Shown in pieces: positions 51,226 to 59,789 of a stretch of 64,000 bases of DNA. Below the pieces are notes generated by a model. The model was given only the letters and a program-made list of their open reading frames with translations. It did not search any database and was not told the origin of the DNA. This DNA is from a virus. Position 1 is the stretch's first letter; each line of letters begins with the position of its first letter. A program made the translations under genes and the position numbers. The DNA lies in the IMG/VR virus record IMGVR_UViG_3300020248_000002. One strand, given 5' to 3'.

Positions 51226-52091
51226 TGGCAACTAACTCTTACTTTACACAAGGCACAACTGGTGAACAAGATCTTATAGAGAATCTTGTTATAGAACAGA
51301 TAAAGATGTTTGGAAAGAATGTCTTTTATATGCCTAGAACTTTAGTAAATGAAGATACAACATTTACTGAAGATGCTTTGTCTAAGTTTGATGATGCCTA
51401 CGAAATAGAAGCATATATTGAAGATCCAACTGGATTTACTGGTGACGGTGATCTCTTTACTAAGTTTGGTGTAAGGATTTCTGATCAAGTTACATTTATA
51501 ATATCAAGAAAAAGATTTACAGAAGCAGTTGATGACAATGCACAACTGATTGTGGAAGGAAGACCTAACGAAGGAGACTTGGTTTACTTCCCTATGGCAA
51601 ATAAAATATTTAAAATTATGTTCGTTGAGCACGAACAACCTTTCTATCAGTTAGGTAAGATCCACGTATGGGGTCTTAAGTGTGAACTCTTCGAGTTCAG
51701 CGACGAGCAGTTCGATACAGGAGTTACTGCAATCGATCAAATCGAACAGGACTTCTCAGTATCCATCACTATCAACTTTGCCACAGGTGGCACTGGAGAC
51801 TTTACAGTCGGTGAAGTGGTGGCAGGTGGAACCTCTAATATTACAGCAGAGGTTAAGTCTTGGGATTCTACTAATAGACAATTACAAGTCTTTAATAGAA
51901 CTGGAATATTTACAATTCCAGAGACTATAACAGGGCAGTCATCAAGTGCTGCTTGGACAACTGCATCATATAATACACTAAATAATACATCGAGCGAATA
52001 CGATTCAAATAGTTCGTTTGAAACCCTTGCTGATTCAATTATTGATTTTTCAGAAGGGAATCCATTTGGTGATTTTGGAGGTGCTAATTAA
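51225..52091 (+). CDS. gp14: Neck protein gp14
   Basis: EQ.LIE.LV.EQIKMFG..V.Y.PR; KFG; RPNEGDLVYFP; FVEHE.PFYQLGK; DFSE.NPFG. Confidence 0.95.
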   Translation: MATNSYFTQGTTGEQDLIENLVIEQIKMFGKNVFYMPRTLVNEDTTFTEDALSKFDDAYEIEAYIEDPTGFTGDGDLFTKFGVRISDQVTFIISRKRFTEAVDDNAQLIVEGRPNEGDLVYFPMANKIFKIMFVEHEQPFYQLGKIHVWGLKCELFEFSDEQFDTGVTAIDQIEQDFSVSITINFATGGTGDFTVGEVVAGGTSNITAEVKSWDSTNRQLQVFNRTGIFTIPETITGQSSSAAWTTASYNTLNNTSSEYDSNSSFETLADSIIDFSEGNPFGDFGGAN

Positions 52092-52888
52092 TGTTAGGTA
52101 CATATACATACAATGAAATATTCCGAAAGTCAGTTATTGCTTTTGGTACTTTGTTTAATAACATAGAAATTCGTAGAAAGAAAAATGCTACGGAATATGA
52201 GTATATGAAAGTGCCTTTGGCATATGGACCTAAACAAAAGTTTTTAGCAAGACTTCAACAAGTAGGAGATTTAACTAGGAAAGATGCGACTCAAATTACG
52301 CTTCCTAGGATTTCGTTTGAGATTTCTGGTTTCAATTACGACGCAACAAGAAAGGTCTCCCCAACACAGAGAGTTAGGACTGCTGTTGGAACTGACCTAC
52401 AAAAAGCGTTTATGCCAGTACCGTACAACGTTGACTTTGAGTTAGCAATTCTTTCAAAGAATCAAGATGACGGTTTACAAATCTTAGAACAAATACTTCC
52501 ATACTTCCAACCCACATTTAATATCACTGTACAACTGAACGATCAGTTACAGGAGAAAAAAGATTTTCCAGTAGTTTTAAATACAATATCTTATGATGAT
52601 GATTATGAAGGTGATTATACAACAAGAAGAACTCTCATATATACAATAACTTTCACTTGCAAAACATATATCTACGGTCCTGTTCTTGACGGTGAGAAAG
52701 AACTTATCCGTAAGGCAATCGTTGATACTGCAACTGATAATAAAACAAGTGCACCTCGTGAGATGAGATACACGGTCGAACCAGACCCAATCACTTCTGA
52801 TCCAGATGATGATTTTGGTTTTAATGAATTATTCAGTACTTTTAATGATGGAAAATCAAGAAATCCAGTCACAGGAAACGACGAGTAA
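52091..52888 (+). CDS. gp15: Tail sheath stabiliser / tail terminator gp15
   Basis: IAFGTLFNNI; VPLAYGPKQKFL; LPRISFE; PVPYN; QILEQILPYFQP. Confidence 0.95.
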   Translation: MLGTYTYNEIFRKSVIAFGTLFNNIEIRRKKNATEYEYMKVPLAYGPKQKFLARLQQVGDLTRKDATQITLPRISFEISGFNYDATRKVSPTQRVRTAVGTDLQKAFMPVPYNVDFELAILSKNQDDGLQILEQILPYFQPTFNITVQLNDQLQEKKDFPVVLNTISYDDDYEGDYTTRRTLIYTITFTCKTYIYGPVLDGEKELIRKAIVDTATDNKTSAPREMRYTVEPDPITSDPDDDFGFNELFSTFNDGKSRNPVTGNDE

Positions 52889-53306
52889 ATTCGACGGTAT
52901 TGAAGACGCTCTTGATGTAGAAACATCCATCGTTAAAGATGAGAAACCTGCATTAGAGAGAGTAGAAGATACACCTGTAAAACAAAACGAAGCAATTAAA
53001 AAAGACTACGAATATACTCGTGGCAATTTGTATTCGTTAATTGACAAGGGACAGGAAGCGGTAGACGGAATCCTAGAACTATCACAACAAACAGATTCAC
53101 CACGTGCCTATGAGGTAGCAGGTAATCTTATTAAGAACGTGGCAGATGCCACGGATAAACTAATAGACCTTCAGAAAAAAATGCAAGAATTAGAAGAAGG
53201 TCCAAAAGGTGCTGTAACAGGTAACGTTACTAACAACACAATGTTTGTTGGTAGCACTGCTGATCTTGCGAAATTCCTCAAACAGAAACAGAAAGAGGAT
53301 AAATAG
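52845..53306 (+). CDS. gp16: Terminase small subunit gp16
   Basis: DYEYTRGNL, SPRAYEV, L.DLQKK, NNTMFVGSTADL; start probably 52845 or 52848. Confidence 0.92.
   Translation: MMENQEIQSQETTSKFDGIEDALDVETSIVKDEKPALERVEDTPVKQNEAIKKDYEYTRGNLYSLIDKGQEAVDGILELSQQTDSPRAYEVAGNLIKNVADATDKLIDLQKKMQELEEGPKGAVTGNVTNNTMFVGSTADLAKFLKQKQKEDK
53298..53305 (+). promoter_or_regulatory. T4-type late promoter (GATAAATA)
   Basis: Overlaps the gp16 end, 28 nt upstream of 53334. Confidence 0.7.
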
Positions 53307-53333
53307 TAAAAACAATCTTGTGTCAAAAAGTCG

Positions 53334-53882
53334 ATGTCTGTATTAAATGTCTTAGATACTACGACAGTGAGTGGTTCAGGTACTGCTTACATCGTCGTTA
53401 AAAGTGGAGTTGTACGTGCATATGCTGCATCTGCATCAACCATAAAATTTGATAGCGGTCCTGCTATTACACTTGCAGCAGGGGAAGCAGTTTTGCTTTC
53501 AGTAGGTAAATCAAAAAATATTAGTATTACTGGTGCAACTAATGCTAACGGTTCAGTATTTACTGTTGCAGGTGGTGGACACGGTACAGGAGCAGGTGGT
53601 CGTCACAGTTTTGCTGTAGGAGATTTTGTTCAGACTATAGATGGTGGTGACACAGGTTTTGGAACAGACTTTGAATCTGCTGCATCAGCAGGTAAGAAAG
53701 TGACAGCAGTTACTGACATAACAATTACTACAGACATTGATGCGTCAGGTGCAGGTTCTGCATATTCAATCAGTGATGCTGATGTAATCGCTAACACCGT
53801 TCCTATGTTACAAAGAACTGTTAAGTTAACAGCAGGTTCTGCGGACGTAGTTGTAGAACAAGTACAAGTTGTCGGAGGTTGA
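53334..53882 (+). CDS. Hypothetical beta-rich (probably virion) protein
   Basis: 182 aa, rich in A/G/T/S/V; late promoter upstream. Confidence 0.7.
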   Translation: MSVLNVLDTTTVSGSGTAYIVVKSGVVRAYAASASTIKFDSGPAITLAAGEAVLLSVGKSKNISITGATNANGSVFTVAGGGHGTGAGGRHSFAVGDFVQTIDGGDTGFGTDFESAASAGKKVTAVTDITITTDIDASGAGSAYSISDADVIANTVPMLQRTVKLTAGSADVVVEQVQVVGG

Positions 53883-53885
53883 TCC

Positions 53886-54029
53886 GTGGCGATACAAGAT
53901 ATTAATGGTCAATGGGTATGTGCATATTGTGGATTGAAGTCTCCTAAAGGACATTGGAGACCTAAAACGTGGATTGAAAAACACGAAAAAAATTGTCCTA
54001 GACACCCATCTAATAATCAAGTAGCATAA
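53886..54029 (+). CDS. Small C2HC zinc-finger-like protein, 47 aa (GTG start; not in ORF track)
   Basis: MAIQDINGQWVCAYCGLKSPKGHWRPKTWIEKHEKNCPRHPSNNQVA; GGAGG SD upstream; TAATG coupling to the next gene. Confidence 0.7.
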   Translation: MAIQDINGQWVCAYCGLKSPKGHWRPKTWIEKHEKNCPRHPSNNQVA

Positions 54030-55927
54030 TGAACAATCTTCAATCATTTTCTAACTTTACTGAACACTGTGGTTGCGATCATAGTGAAGACAAAAAGAAA
54101 AAATCTAAAGTTACTAAAGAAGAGATCATAAAAGAATATGGTGATCCTACAGTTAGTAAGAGATTGAGAGTTGCTCGTGCGATTGATTCAACGTTTAGAG
54201 GTAAAGCACCAAAGTACAATAGTAAGCGTGCTAAAATTTCTAATGCTTTGAAGATGTCATCAATAAAAGCAGAGACAAAAAAAAGAAAGGCAAAAGAAAA
54301 TCCATATTCAGCAGGTAAAAAATTAAAAGCAGCTCTTGGAATAAACAGTGAAGGTTATCTTCCAGAAGAGGGATATGATATTGCAAGAGATATGGGAATG
54401 GTAAAACCATCTAAAGATAAGAAAGATGCAACTACTGCTAACCATACAAGAGAAACTGAGACTGATGCTCAAAGAAAATTACGTATGCTAAAGCAGCAGA
54501 AGAATACTGCTAGAGCAGTTGAGAATGTTAAACAAAGACTTAGAGATAAGTATGGTAAGAATGCCATAATGGATGTAGGTAAGAAAAATGAAGAAGTAGA
54601 ACATCTTGATGAATTAAGTAAGACAACTACTGCGAACTATCTCTACCACGCAAAGGTAGATAAAAATTATGTTCACGGTGGCAAGATGGGTAAGTATGCA
54701 AAAGCGAGAGACAAAGGAATACAAAGAGCAGAGAAAAAACTAGGAAAAAAAGTTAGTGATAGAGTTAACTATGTTGCAGATACTGATACTCGCTCGATGA
54801 GACAAGATTCAAGTACATCAGCATACCCTAGAAAAATTAAGGTAAAAGAAGAAGTACAGTTAGAGAAAGTTAATCTAAGAGATAAGTCTACTCAGTATGC
54901 TAGAAGCACTAAAGAGGTAGATACTGCAATGACAGATCACGTCAATAGAACAAAAGGTAGACACTATGGTAAAGATGGTAAGGTCACAGAAGTTGGTCGT
55001 TATCGTAGACCAAGTAAGAGAGAAGCAAGAAATGAATTGATTGATTTGTATAAAGAAAGTTATGGTAGAGGTAGACTTACTAGCACTAATGATATGCAGA
55101 GTAAGTTATACGCTAAGAATAATAGTATGGGTAAACCAAGAACTGATGATGAGATCAGGAAAGAAAAAGGTGGACAAGCATTTCTTGATAGAATCAAAGC
55201 AGCAAAATCAAAAATGAAAAGTGAAGGAACTTCTTATGGTCTCTACAAGGGAACTGGTAAACCATCAGGTCCTATGGCAGCGTTTGCTAAGAAAACTAAG
55301 AAGAAAAAAGAAGTAAAAGAAGAAATGGGTAATATAGCACATACTAAAACTAAAAAAGGTGGAAAGACAATTATAAATGTAAATAAAAATGATGAGGCAG
55401 ATGCACAGAAAGCAATGAAGAATGATCCAAAATACATTCTTGGTAAGACTAGAGTGCAGTCATATAAAGAAGAATTTTATCAAAAAAGATATACTAGCAG
55501 TGGTTATAAACCTGTTGGTAAAAATAAGAGAATGGATCAGTCAAACAAAAGATCTGGTGATAGTAAAGCACAGTATAGAGACTTACATAAAGATCTTGCT
55601 AAGTATGGTCACGTTAAAACAGGTAAAGCAAGTAACCTTAAAAGTGGTTTGAAGAGTTTCAAGGAATCTGCGTGGCAACGTAAAGAAGGAAAGAACCCTA
55701 GTGGTGGGTTAAATGAAAAGGGAAGAAAGTCTTATGAAAGAGAAAATCCTGGTTCAGATCTCAAAGCACCTGTAACAGGTAGTCCAAAACCAGGTAGTAA
55801 GGCAGATAAAAGGCAAAACAATTTTTGCAAAAGAATGGGTGGAATGAGAGGACCTATGAAAGATGAGAAAGGTAGACCAACTCGTAAAGCATTAGCACTT
55901 AAAAAATGGAACTGTCGTAGTTCCTAG
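54029..55927 (+). CDS. Lys/Arg-rich modular protein, putative internal head protein; C-terminal AWQRKEGKNP.GGLN (DUF6321-like) module
   Basis: Basic blocks separated by Glu-rich hydrophobic-x-E linkers; N-terminal SFSNFTE. Confidence 0.65.
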   Translation: MNNLQSFSNFTEHCGCDHSEDKKKKSKVTKEEIIKEYGDPTVSKRLRVARAIDSTFRGKAPKYNSKRAKISNALKMSSIKAETKKRKAKENPYSAGKKLKAALGINSEGYLPEEGYDIARDMGMVKPSKDKKDATTANHTRETETDAQRKLRMLKQQKNTARAVENVKQRLRDKYGKNAIMDVGKKNEEVEHLDELSKTTTANYLYHAKVDKNYVHGGKMGKYAKARDKGIQRAEKKLGKKVSDRVNYVADTDTRSMRQDSSTSAYPRKIKVKEEVQLEKVNLRDKSTQYARSTKEVDTAMTDHVNRTKGRHYGKDGKVTEVGRYRRPSKREARNELIDLYKESYGRGRLTSTNDMQSKLYAKNNSMGKPRTDDEIRKEKGGQAFLDRIKAAKSKMKSEGTSYGLYKGTGKPSGPMAAFAKKTKKKKEVKEEMGNIAHTKTKKGGKTIINVNKNDEADAQKAMKNDPKYILGKTRVQSYKEEFYQKRYTSSGYKPVGKNKRMDQSNKRSGDSKAQYRDLHKDLAKYGHVKTGKASNLKSGLKSFKESAWQRKEGKNPSGGLNEKGRKSYERENPGSDLKAPVTGSPKPGSKADKRQNNFCKRMGGMRGPMKDEKGRPTRKALALKKWNCRSS

Positions 55928-55949
55928 ATAGTGTAACAGAAACTTTATT

Positions 55950-56567
55950 ATGCAACCTGACGTTATTGATTTATTTCCATCCACAGTTCTAAGATTCAGA
56001 CACGATGACTCTGAGATAAGGGATGAACTTGAAAAAGTTATTAGTGATGTACAAGAGAAAGAACAATTAATTCTTCACTTCGGTGATGATCCTTCCAAGC
56101 AAGATCATTGGAGGGATTTTTTTCGTGCGTATGAAATGCCAAACTTAGAATCATATATTGCAGAGTGTGTTATTAAATATGTTGGTCACGATAATTGGAA
56201 TATACCTGAGTCTTGGTTAAATATATACCCAACAGGTGCTAATCAGAATCAACATATGCACCCAGGATTTGAGTTGTCAGGATGTTATTATCATAAGACA
56301 AGTCCAGAACAAGGATTAATTAATTTTCATAGTCCACTTGTACAAGCAAGAATGAGTTGTTTTGCTACTTATCAAGAGATGGCAGTAGAAACATTCCCTG
56401 ATACTTTGATATTATTTCCATCTTGGTTGGAACATTCTACTACACAGAACTATTCAAGAGATCAAAAATATTCAATAGGATTTAATGTAAAGGTAAATAA
56501 AACAGGAGACTTTCCATTACACGGACAGTGGTATGGAAACCATACAATAGTACACAATAAGAACTAA
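55950..56567 (+). CDS. Putative 2OG-Fe(II) oxygenase (TIGR02466-like)
   Basis: LFPS, SWLN, HMHP (HxH), LSGCYY, LILFPSWLEH, SIGFN. Confidence 0.85.
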   Translation: MQPDVIDLFPSTVLRFRHDDSEIRDELEKVISDVQEKEQLILHFGDDPSKQDHWRDFFRAYEMPNLESYIAECVIKYVGHDNWNIPESWLNIYPTGANQNQHMHPGFELSGCYYHKTSPEQGLINFHSPLVQARMSCFATYQEMAVETFPDTLILFPSWLEHSTTQNYSRDQKYSIGFNVKVNKTGDFPLHGQWYGNHTIVHNKN

Positions 56568-56740
56568 TGGTTGTCTGGGGTGTTGTTATTATGATTGCAA
56601 TACTTGTTGTAATAGTTACTTGGTATATCGTCTATATACTAAGGACTGCATATATGGAGATGAACGATGGGAGCAATGGTTCCACCAAGCAGGAAGAGTT
56701 GCTACAACTTCCGAGTGACAGAGATAAACAGGGTAGTTGA
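56567..56740 (+). CDS. Small single-pass membrane protein, 57 aa (not in ORF track)
   Basis: MVVWGVVIMIAILVVIVTWYIVYILRTAYMEMNDGSNGSTKQEELLQLPSDRDKQGS; TAATG coupling. Confidence 0.65.
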   Translation: MVVWGVVIMIAILVVIVTWYIVYILRTAYMEMNDGSNGSTKQEELLQLPSDRDKQGS

Positions 56741-57131
56741 TGGTGACACTATTGACGTTACTATCGATCTAGGTTTTGATCTATACAAAAAAGAAAGGGT
56801 GAGAGTAGCAGGAGTCGATACTCCTGAGAAACGCACCCGTGACTTGGAAGAGAAAGCATTAGGTATAGATGCTACTAATTGGATAAAAGAAAAATTGGAG
56901 GGTGCTATTGATGGAGAGTCTGAACTTACTATACGAACTGAACTCAAGGGAGGGATGGGTAAGTATGGTCGTTTGCTTGGTTGGTTATATGTTGGTGATG
57001 AAGATGTATCTCTCAACGAGCAAATGATAACCGAAGGATATGCGTGGTCTTATGATGGTGGTACAAAGAAAAAAGACTTTGAGGAACTACGCGAAATTCG
57101 TCGTTCATATGGTACACTTGTAGCAGGTTAA
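56667..57131 (+). CDS. SNase-like (thermonuclease family) nuclease
   Basis: RVVDGDTIDV.IDLGF, RVRVAGVDTPE, GKYGRLLG, LNE.MI.EGYA..YDGG. Confidence 0.9.
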   Translation: MGAMVPPSRKSCYNFRVTEINRVVDGDTIDVTIDLGFDLYKKERVRVAGVDTPEKRTRDLEEKALGIDATNWIKEKLEGAIDGESELTIRTELKGGMGKYGRLLGWLYVGDEDVSLNEQMITEGYAWSYDGGTKKKDFEELREIRRSYGTLVAG

Positions 57132-57133
57132 CT

Positions 57134-57823
57134 GTGACAAATCTTTGTGATGAGTTAGCGGATCTTATTCGCAGGAACATTAGTGATTTGCCTGACCTTG
57201 AGGTTATGGAATCGGATCATAGTGTTATAGAGCACGAGAAAGTGACTATACACAATGAGATGTGGAAGTGCAAAGGACTCAGAAAATTACATATTGAAAG
57301 AGCGAATACTGACAAGATAGAGATCATCCACTGTGTTCTTTATCCAGATCCAGAATATCGTTTACCTATTTTTGGTTGTGACATTATCCAAACAACTTCA
57401 ACTATTACTGCTGCTATTGTTGATGTGTCTCCTGTACACGGGGTGGATCTCAATCCTCAGTTATCAGTAGTTAGTGAAAAATATAAATTTAAAGACAAGA
57501 GACCTCTTCCTATATGGGCAGAGGATATATTCTCGAACCATTGTAAATTTGCTAGATTGAAAGATCAAAAAGCAAGAGATGATTTCTATACTGTAGTTCA
57601 GAAATATTTACTAATATATTGTAATGCTGTGAGACACGCTAAGAAAGATCCACATTCTCCTTTTATACCAATAATGAAAAGATTAGATGATCAGTGTTGG
57701 TACTGTGTGTCTCAAAGAAAAAATCAAAAAACTAAAGCAGTATTGTCACAGTGGTTTGATCCCCTCTGGGCAGATAAATACATAAACAATGTCTTATTTG
57801 ACAAACCTTGGAGTAAAGATTAA
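57134..57823 (+). CDS. pcyA: Phycocyanobilin:ferredoxin oxidoreductase (ferredoxin-dependent bilin reductase)
   Basis: LRKLHIE (Glu76-equivalent), IHCVLYPDP.Y.LPIFGCD (His88, Asp105), AAIVDVSP, RPLP.W..IFS, Q..YC..Q.KN.KT..VL, WA.KYI..VLFD. Confidence 0.9.
   Translation: MTNLCDELADLIRRNISDLPDLEVMESDHSVIEHEKVTIHNEMWKCKGLRKLHIERANTDKIEIIHCVLYPDPEYRLPIFGCDIIQTTSTITAAIVDVSPVHGVDLNPQLSVVSEKYKFKDKRPLPIWAEDIFSNHCKFARLKDQKARDDFYTVVQKYLLIYCNAVRHAKKDPHSPFIPIMKRLDDQCWYCVSQRKNQKTKAVLSQWFDPLWADKYINNVLFDKPWSKD
57773..57780 (+). promoter_or_regulatory. T4-type late promoter (GATAAATA) inside the pcyA 3' end
   Basis: 42 nt upstream of gp17. Confidence 0.6.
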
Positions 57824-59472
57824 TGGCAGAAAATCAGATATACTTAGGCAACCCCAATCTTAAGAAAGCAAACGTTGCAACTAACTTCTCACCAGAACAG
57901 GTAAGAGAGTTTGTTAAATGTAGTAGAGATCCTGCATATTTTATTCGTAATTATATTAGGATCGTATCTCTTGATGAAGGTGTTATACCTTTTAATATGT
58001 ACGATTTCCAAGAGGAGATGGTAAAAAGTTTTCACGAGAATAGATTTAATATTGCTAAATTACCTAGACAGTCTGGTAAGTCAACTATTGTAACATCATA
58101 TCTATTATGGTATGTAATTTTTAACGATAACGTCAATGTCGCAATCCTCGCAAACAAAGCCCCAACTGCTAGAGAAATGTTGGGACGCTTACAGTTATCT
58201 TATGAGAACCTTCCTAAATGGATGCAGCAAGGTATTGTTGGTTGGAACAAGGGGTCAGTCGAATTGGAGAACGGATCTCGTCTCCTTGCTTCATCTACTT
58301 CTGCTTCTGCTGTTCGTGGGATGTCCTTTAATATTATCTTCCTTGATGAGTTTGCGTTCGTTCCAAATAATATTGCTGAACAGTTCTTTGCTTCTGTTTA
58401 TCCTACTATCTCATCTGGTAAATCTACAAAAGTTATTATCATATCTACCCCACACGGGATGAATATGTATTATAAGATATGGCACGATGCAGAAAGAAAT
58501 AAGAATGAATATGTTAATACAGAAGTGCACTGGTCACAGGTTCCAGGTAGAGATCAGAAGTGGAAAGAGCAAACTATAGCAAACACATCAGAAGCACAGT
58601 TCAGAGTTGAGTTTGAATGTGAGTTTCTAGGATCTGTAGATACACTAATTTCCGCAAGTAAATTAAGATTGATGGTTTATGAAGATCCTCTACACTCCAG
58701 TGTAGGACTGGATGTTTATGAAGATCCGATTGACGGACACACTTATACAATGACTGTAGACGTAGCACGCGGAGTAGATGGTGACTATAGTGCATTTTGT
58801 ATATTTGATACTACAGAACCTCCGTATAAATTAGTAGCAAAATATAGAAGTAATACAGTTAAACCCCTTTTATTCCCAGATATTATAGTCAAGACTGCAA
58901 GTGCATACAACCACGCTTTTGTATTAGTAGAAGTAAATGACGTTGGTGCACAGGTAGCAGACATCATACAGTATGATCTTGAGTATGACAATCTATTAAT
59001 GTCTGCTATGCGTGGTAGAGCAGGACAAGTTATAGGACAAGGATTCTCTGGTGGTAAAGTACAACTTGGTGTAAAGATGTCTAGTGCTGTAAAGAAAGTT
59101 GGTTGTTCTAACTTAAAACAATTAATAGAAGATGATAAGATGACTCTATGTGATTATGATATTATCTCAGAACTAACTACGTTTATTCAGAAAGGACAGT
59201 CGTGGCAAGCAGAAGAAGGATGTAATGATGACCTTGCTATGTGTTTAGTTATCTTTGCTTGGTTAGCAGTGCAACCATATTTCAAAGAGATACACGATAA
59301 TGATGTTCGTGTAAAGATGTATGAAGAACAAAGAGAAGCAATAGAAGCAGATATGGCACCATTTGGTTTTGTTGATAATGGTATAGAAGATACAACATTT
59401 ATTGATGAAGATGGTAACGTCTGGAACTCTGATCCTTATGGTGAAAGAACCTATATGTGGGAATATAGATGA
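57823..59472 (+). CDS. gp17: Terminase large subunit gp17
   Basis: YLGNPNLK, PRQSGKST Walker A, IFLDEFAF Walker B, ISTPHG, VDVARG, NDDLAM. Confidence 0.97.
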   Translation: MAENQIYLGNPNLKKANVATNFSPEQVREFVKCSRDPAYFIRNYIRIVSLDEGVIPFNMYDFQEEMVKSFHENRFNIAKLPRQSGKSTIVTSYLLWYVIFNDNVNVAILANKAPTAREMLGRLQLSYENLPKWMQQGIVGWNKGSVELENGSRLLASSTSASAVRGMSFNIIFLDEFAFVPNNIAEQFFASVYPTISSGKSTKVIIISTPHGMNMYYKIWHDAERNKNEYVNTEVHWSQVPGRDQKWKEQTIANTSEAQFRVEFECEFLGSVDTLISASKLRLMVYEDPLHSSVGLDVYEDPIDGHTYTMTVDVARGVDGDYSAFCIFDTTEPPYKLVAKYRSNTVKPLLFPDIIVKTASAYNHAFVLVEVNDVGAQVADIIQYDLEYDNLLMSAMRGRAGQVIGQGFSGGKVQLGVKMSSAVKKVGCSNLKQLIEDDKMTLCDYDIISELTTFIQKGQSWQAEEGCNDDLAMCLVIFAWLAVQPYFKEIHDNDVRVKMYEEQREAIEADMAPFGFVDNGIEDTTFIDEDGNVWNSDPYGERTYMWEYR

Positions 59473-59699
59473 ACCTAGAGGACGAGTTAGAATTAGAACA
59501 CCTGTTATTAGAAGATAGAAGGTGTCGTAAATGTCTTGTCACAAAAAATTTATTATCAGATTTTTACAAAACTAGAAAGGATAGAGGTAACTATCCATCT
59601 GCATTTGCGTATGAGTGTAAAGAATGTACTAAGAAGCGTGTTCAAGTACGTAGAAGAAATAAAAAGAGTCGTAAATGGTGTGACTATCCTGACTGGTAA
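59469..59699 (+). CDS. Small CxxC...CxxC zinc-binding protein
   Basis: CRKC...K....FY.......YECKEC; ATGA overlap with gp17. Confidence 0.7.
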   Translation: MNLEDELELEHLLLEDRRCRKCLVTKNLLSDFYKTRKDRGNYPSAFAYECKECTKKRVQVRRRNKKSRKWCDYPDW

Positions 59700-59739
59700 A
59701 CAGTTCACGTTTTGTTTCCCCATCAGAAAGATCGGTATT

Positions 59740-59747
59740 AATAAATA
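59740..59747 (+). promoter_or_regulatory. T4-type late promoter (AATAAATA)
   Basis: Intergenic, upstream of gp18; AGGAG SD follows. Confidence 0.8.
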
Positions 59748-59789
59748 ATTCTAGTAAAATTGGAAGCATTTTTCAAGGAGAATTAAACA

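Noticed and set aside
52806-52844. Upstream start of gp16
   Set aside because: Lengthens the overlap with gp15 by an off-frame-like peptide; 52845 or 52848 is more plausible
59536-59748. 70-aa overlapping ORF
   Set aside because: Alternative frame of the zinc-ribbon gene, running over the gp18 promoter
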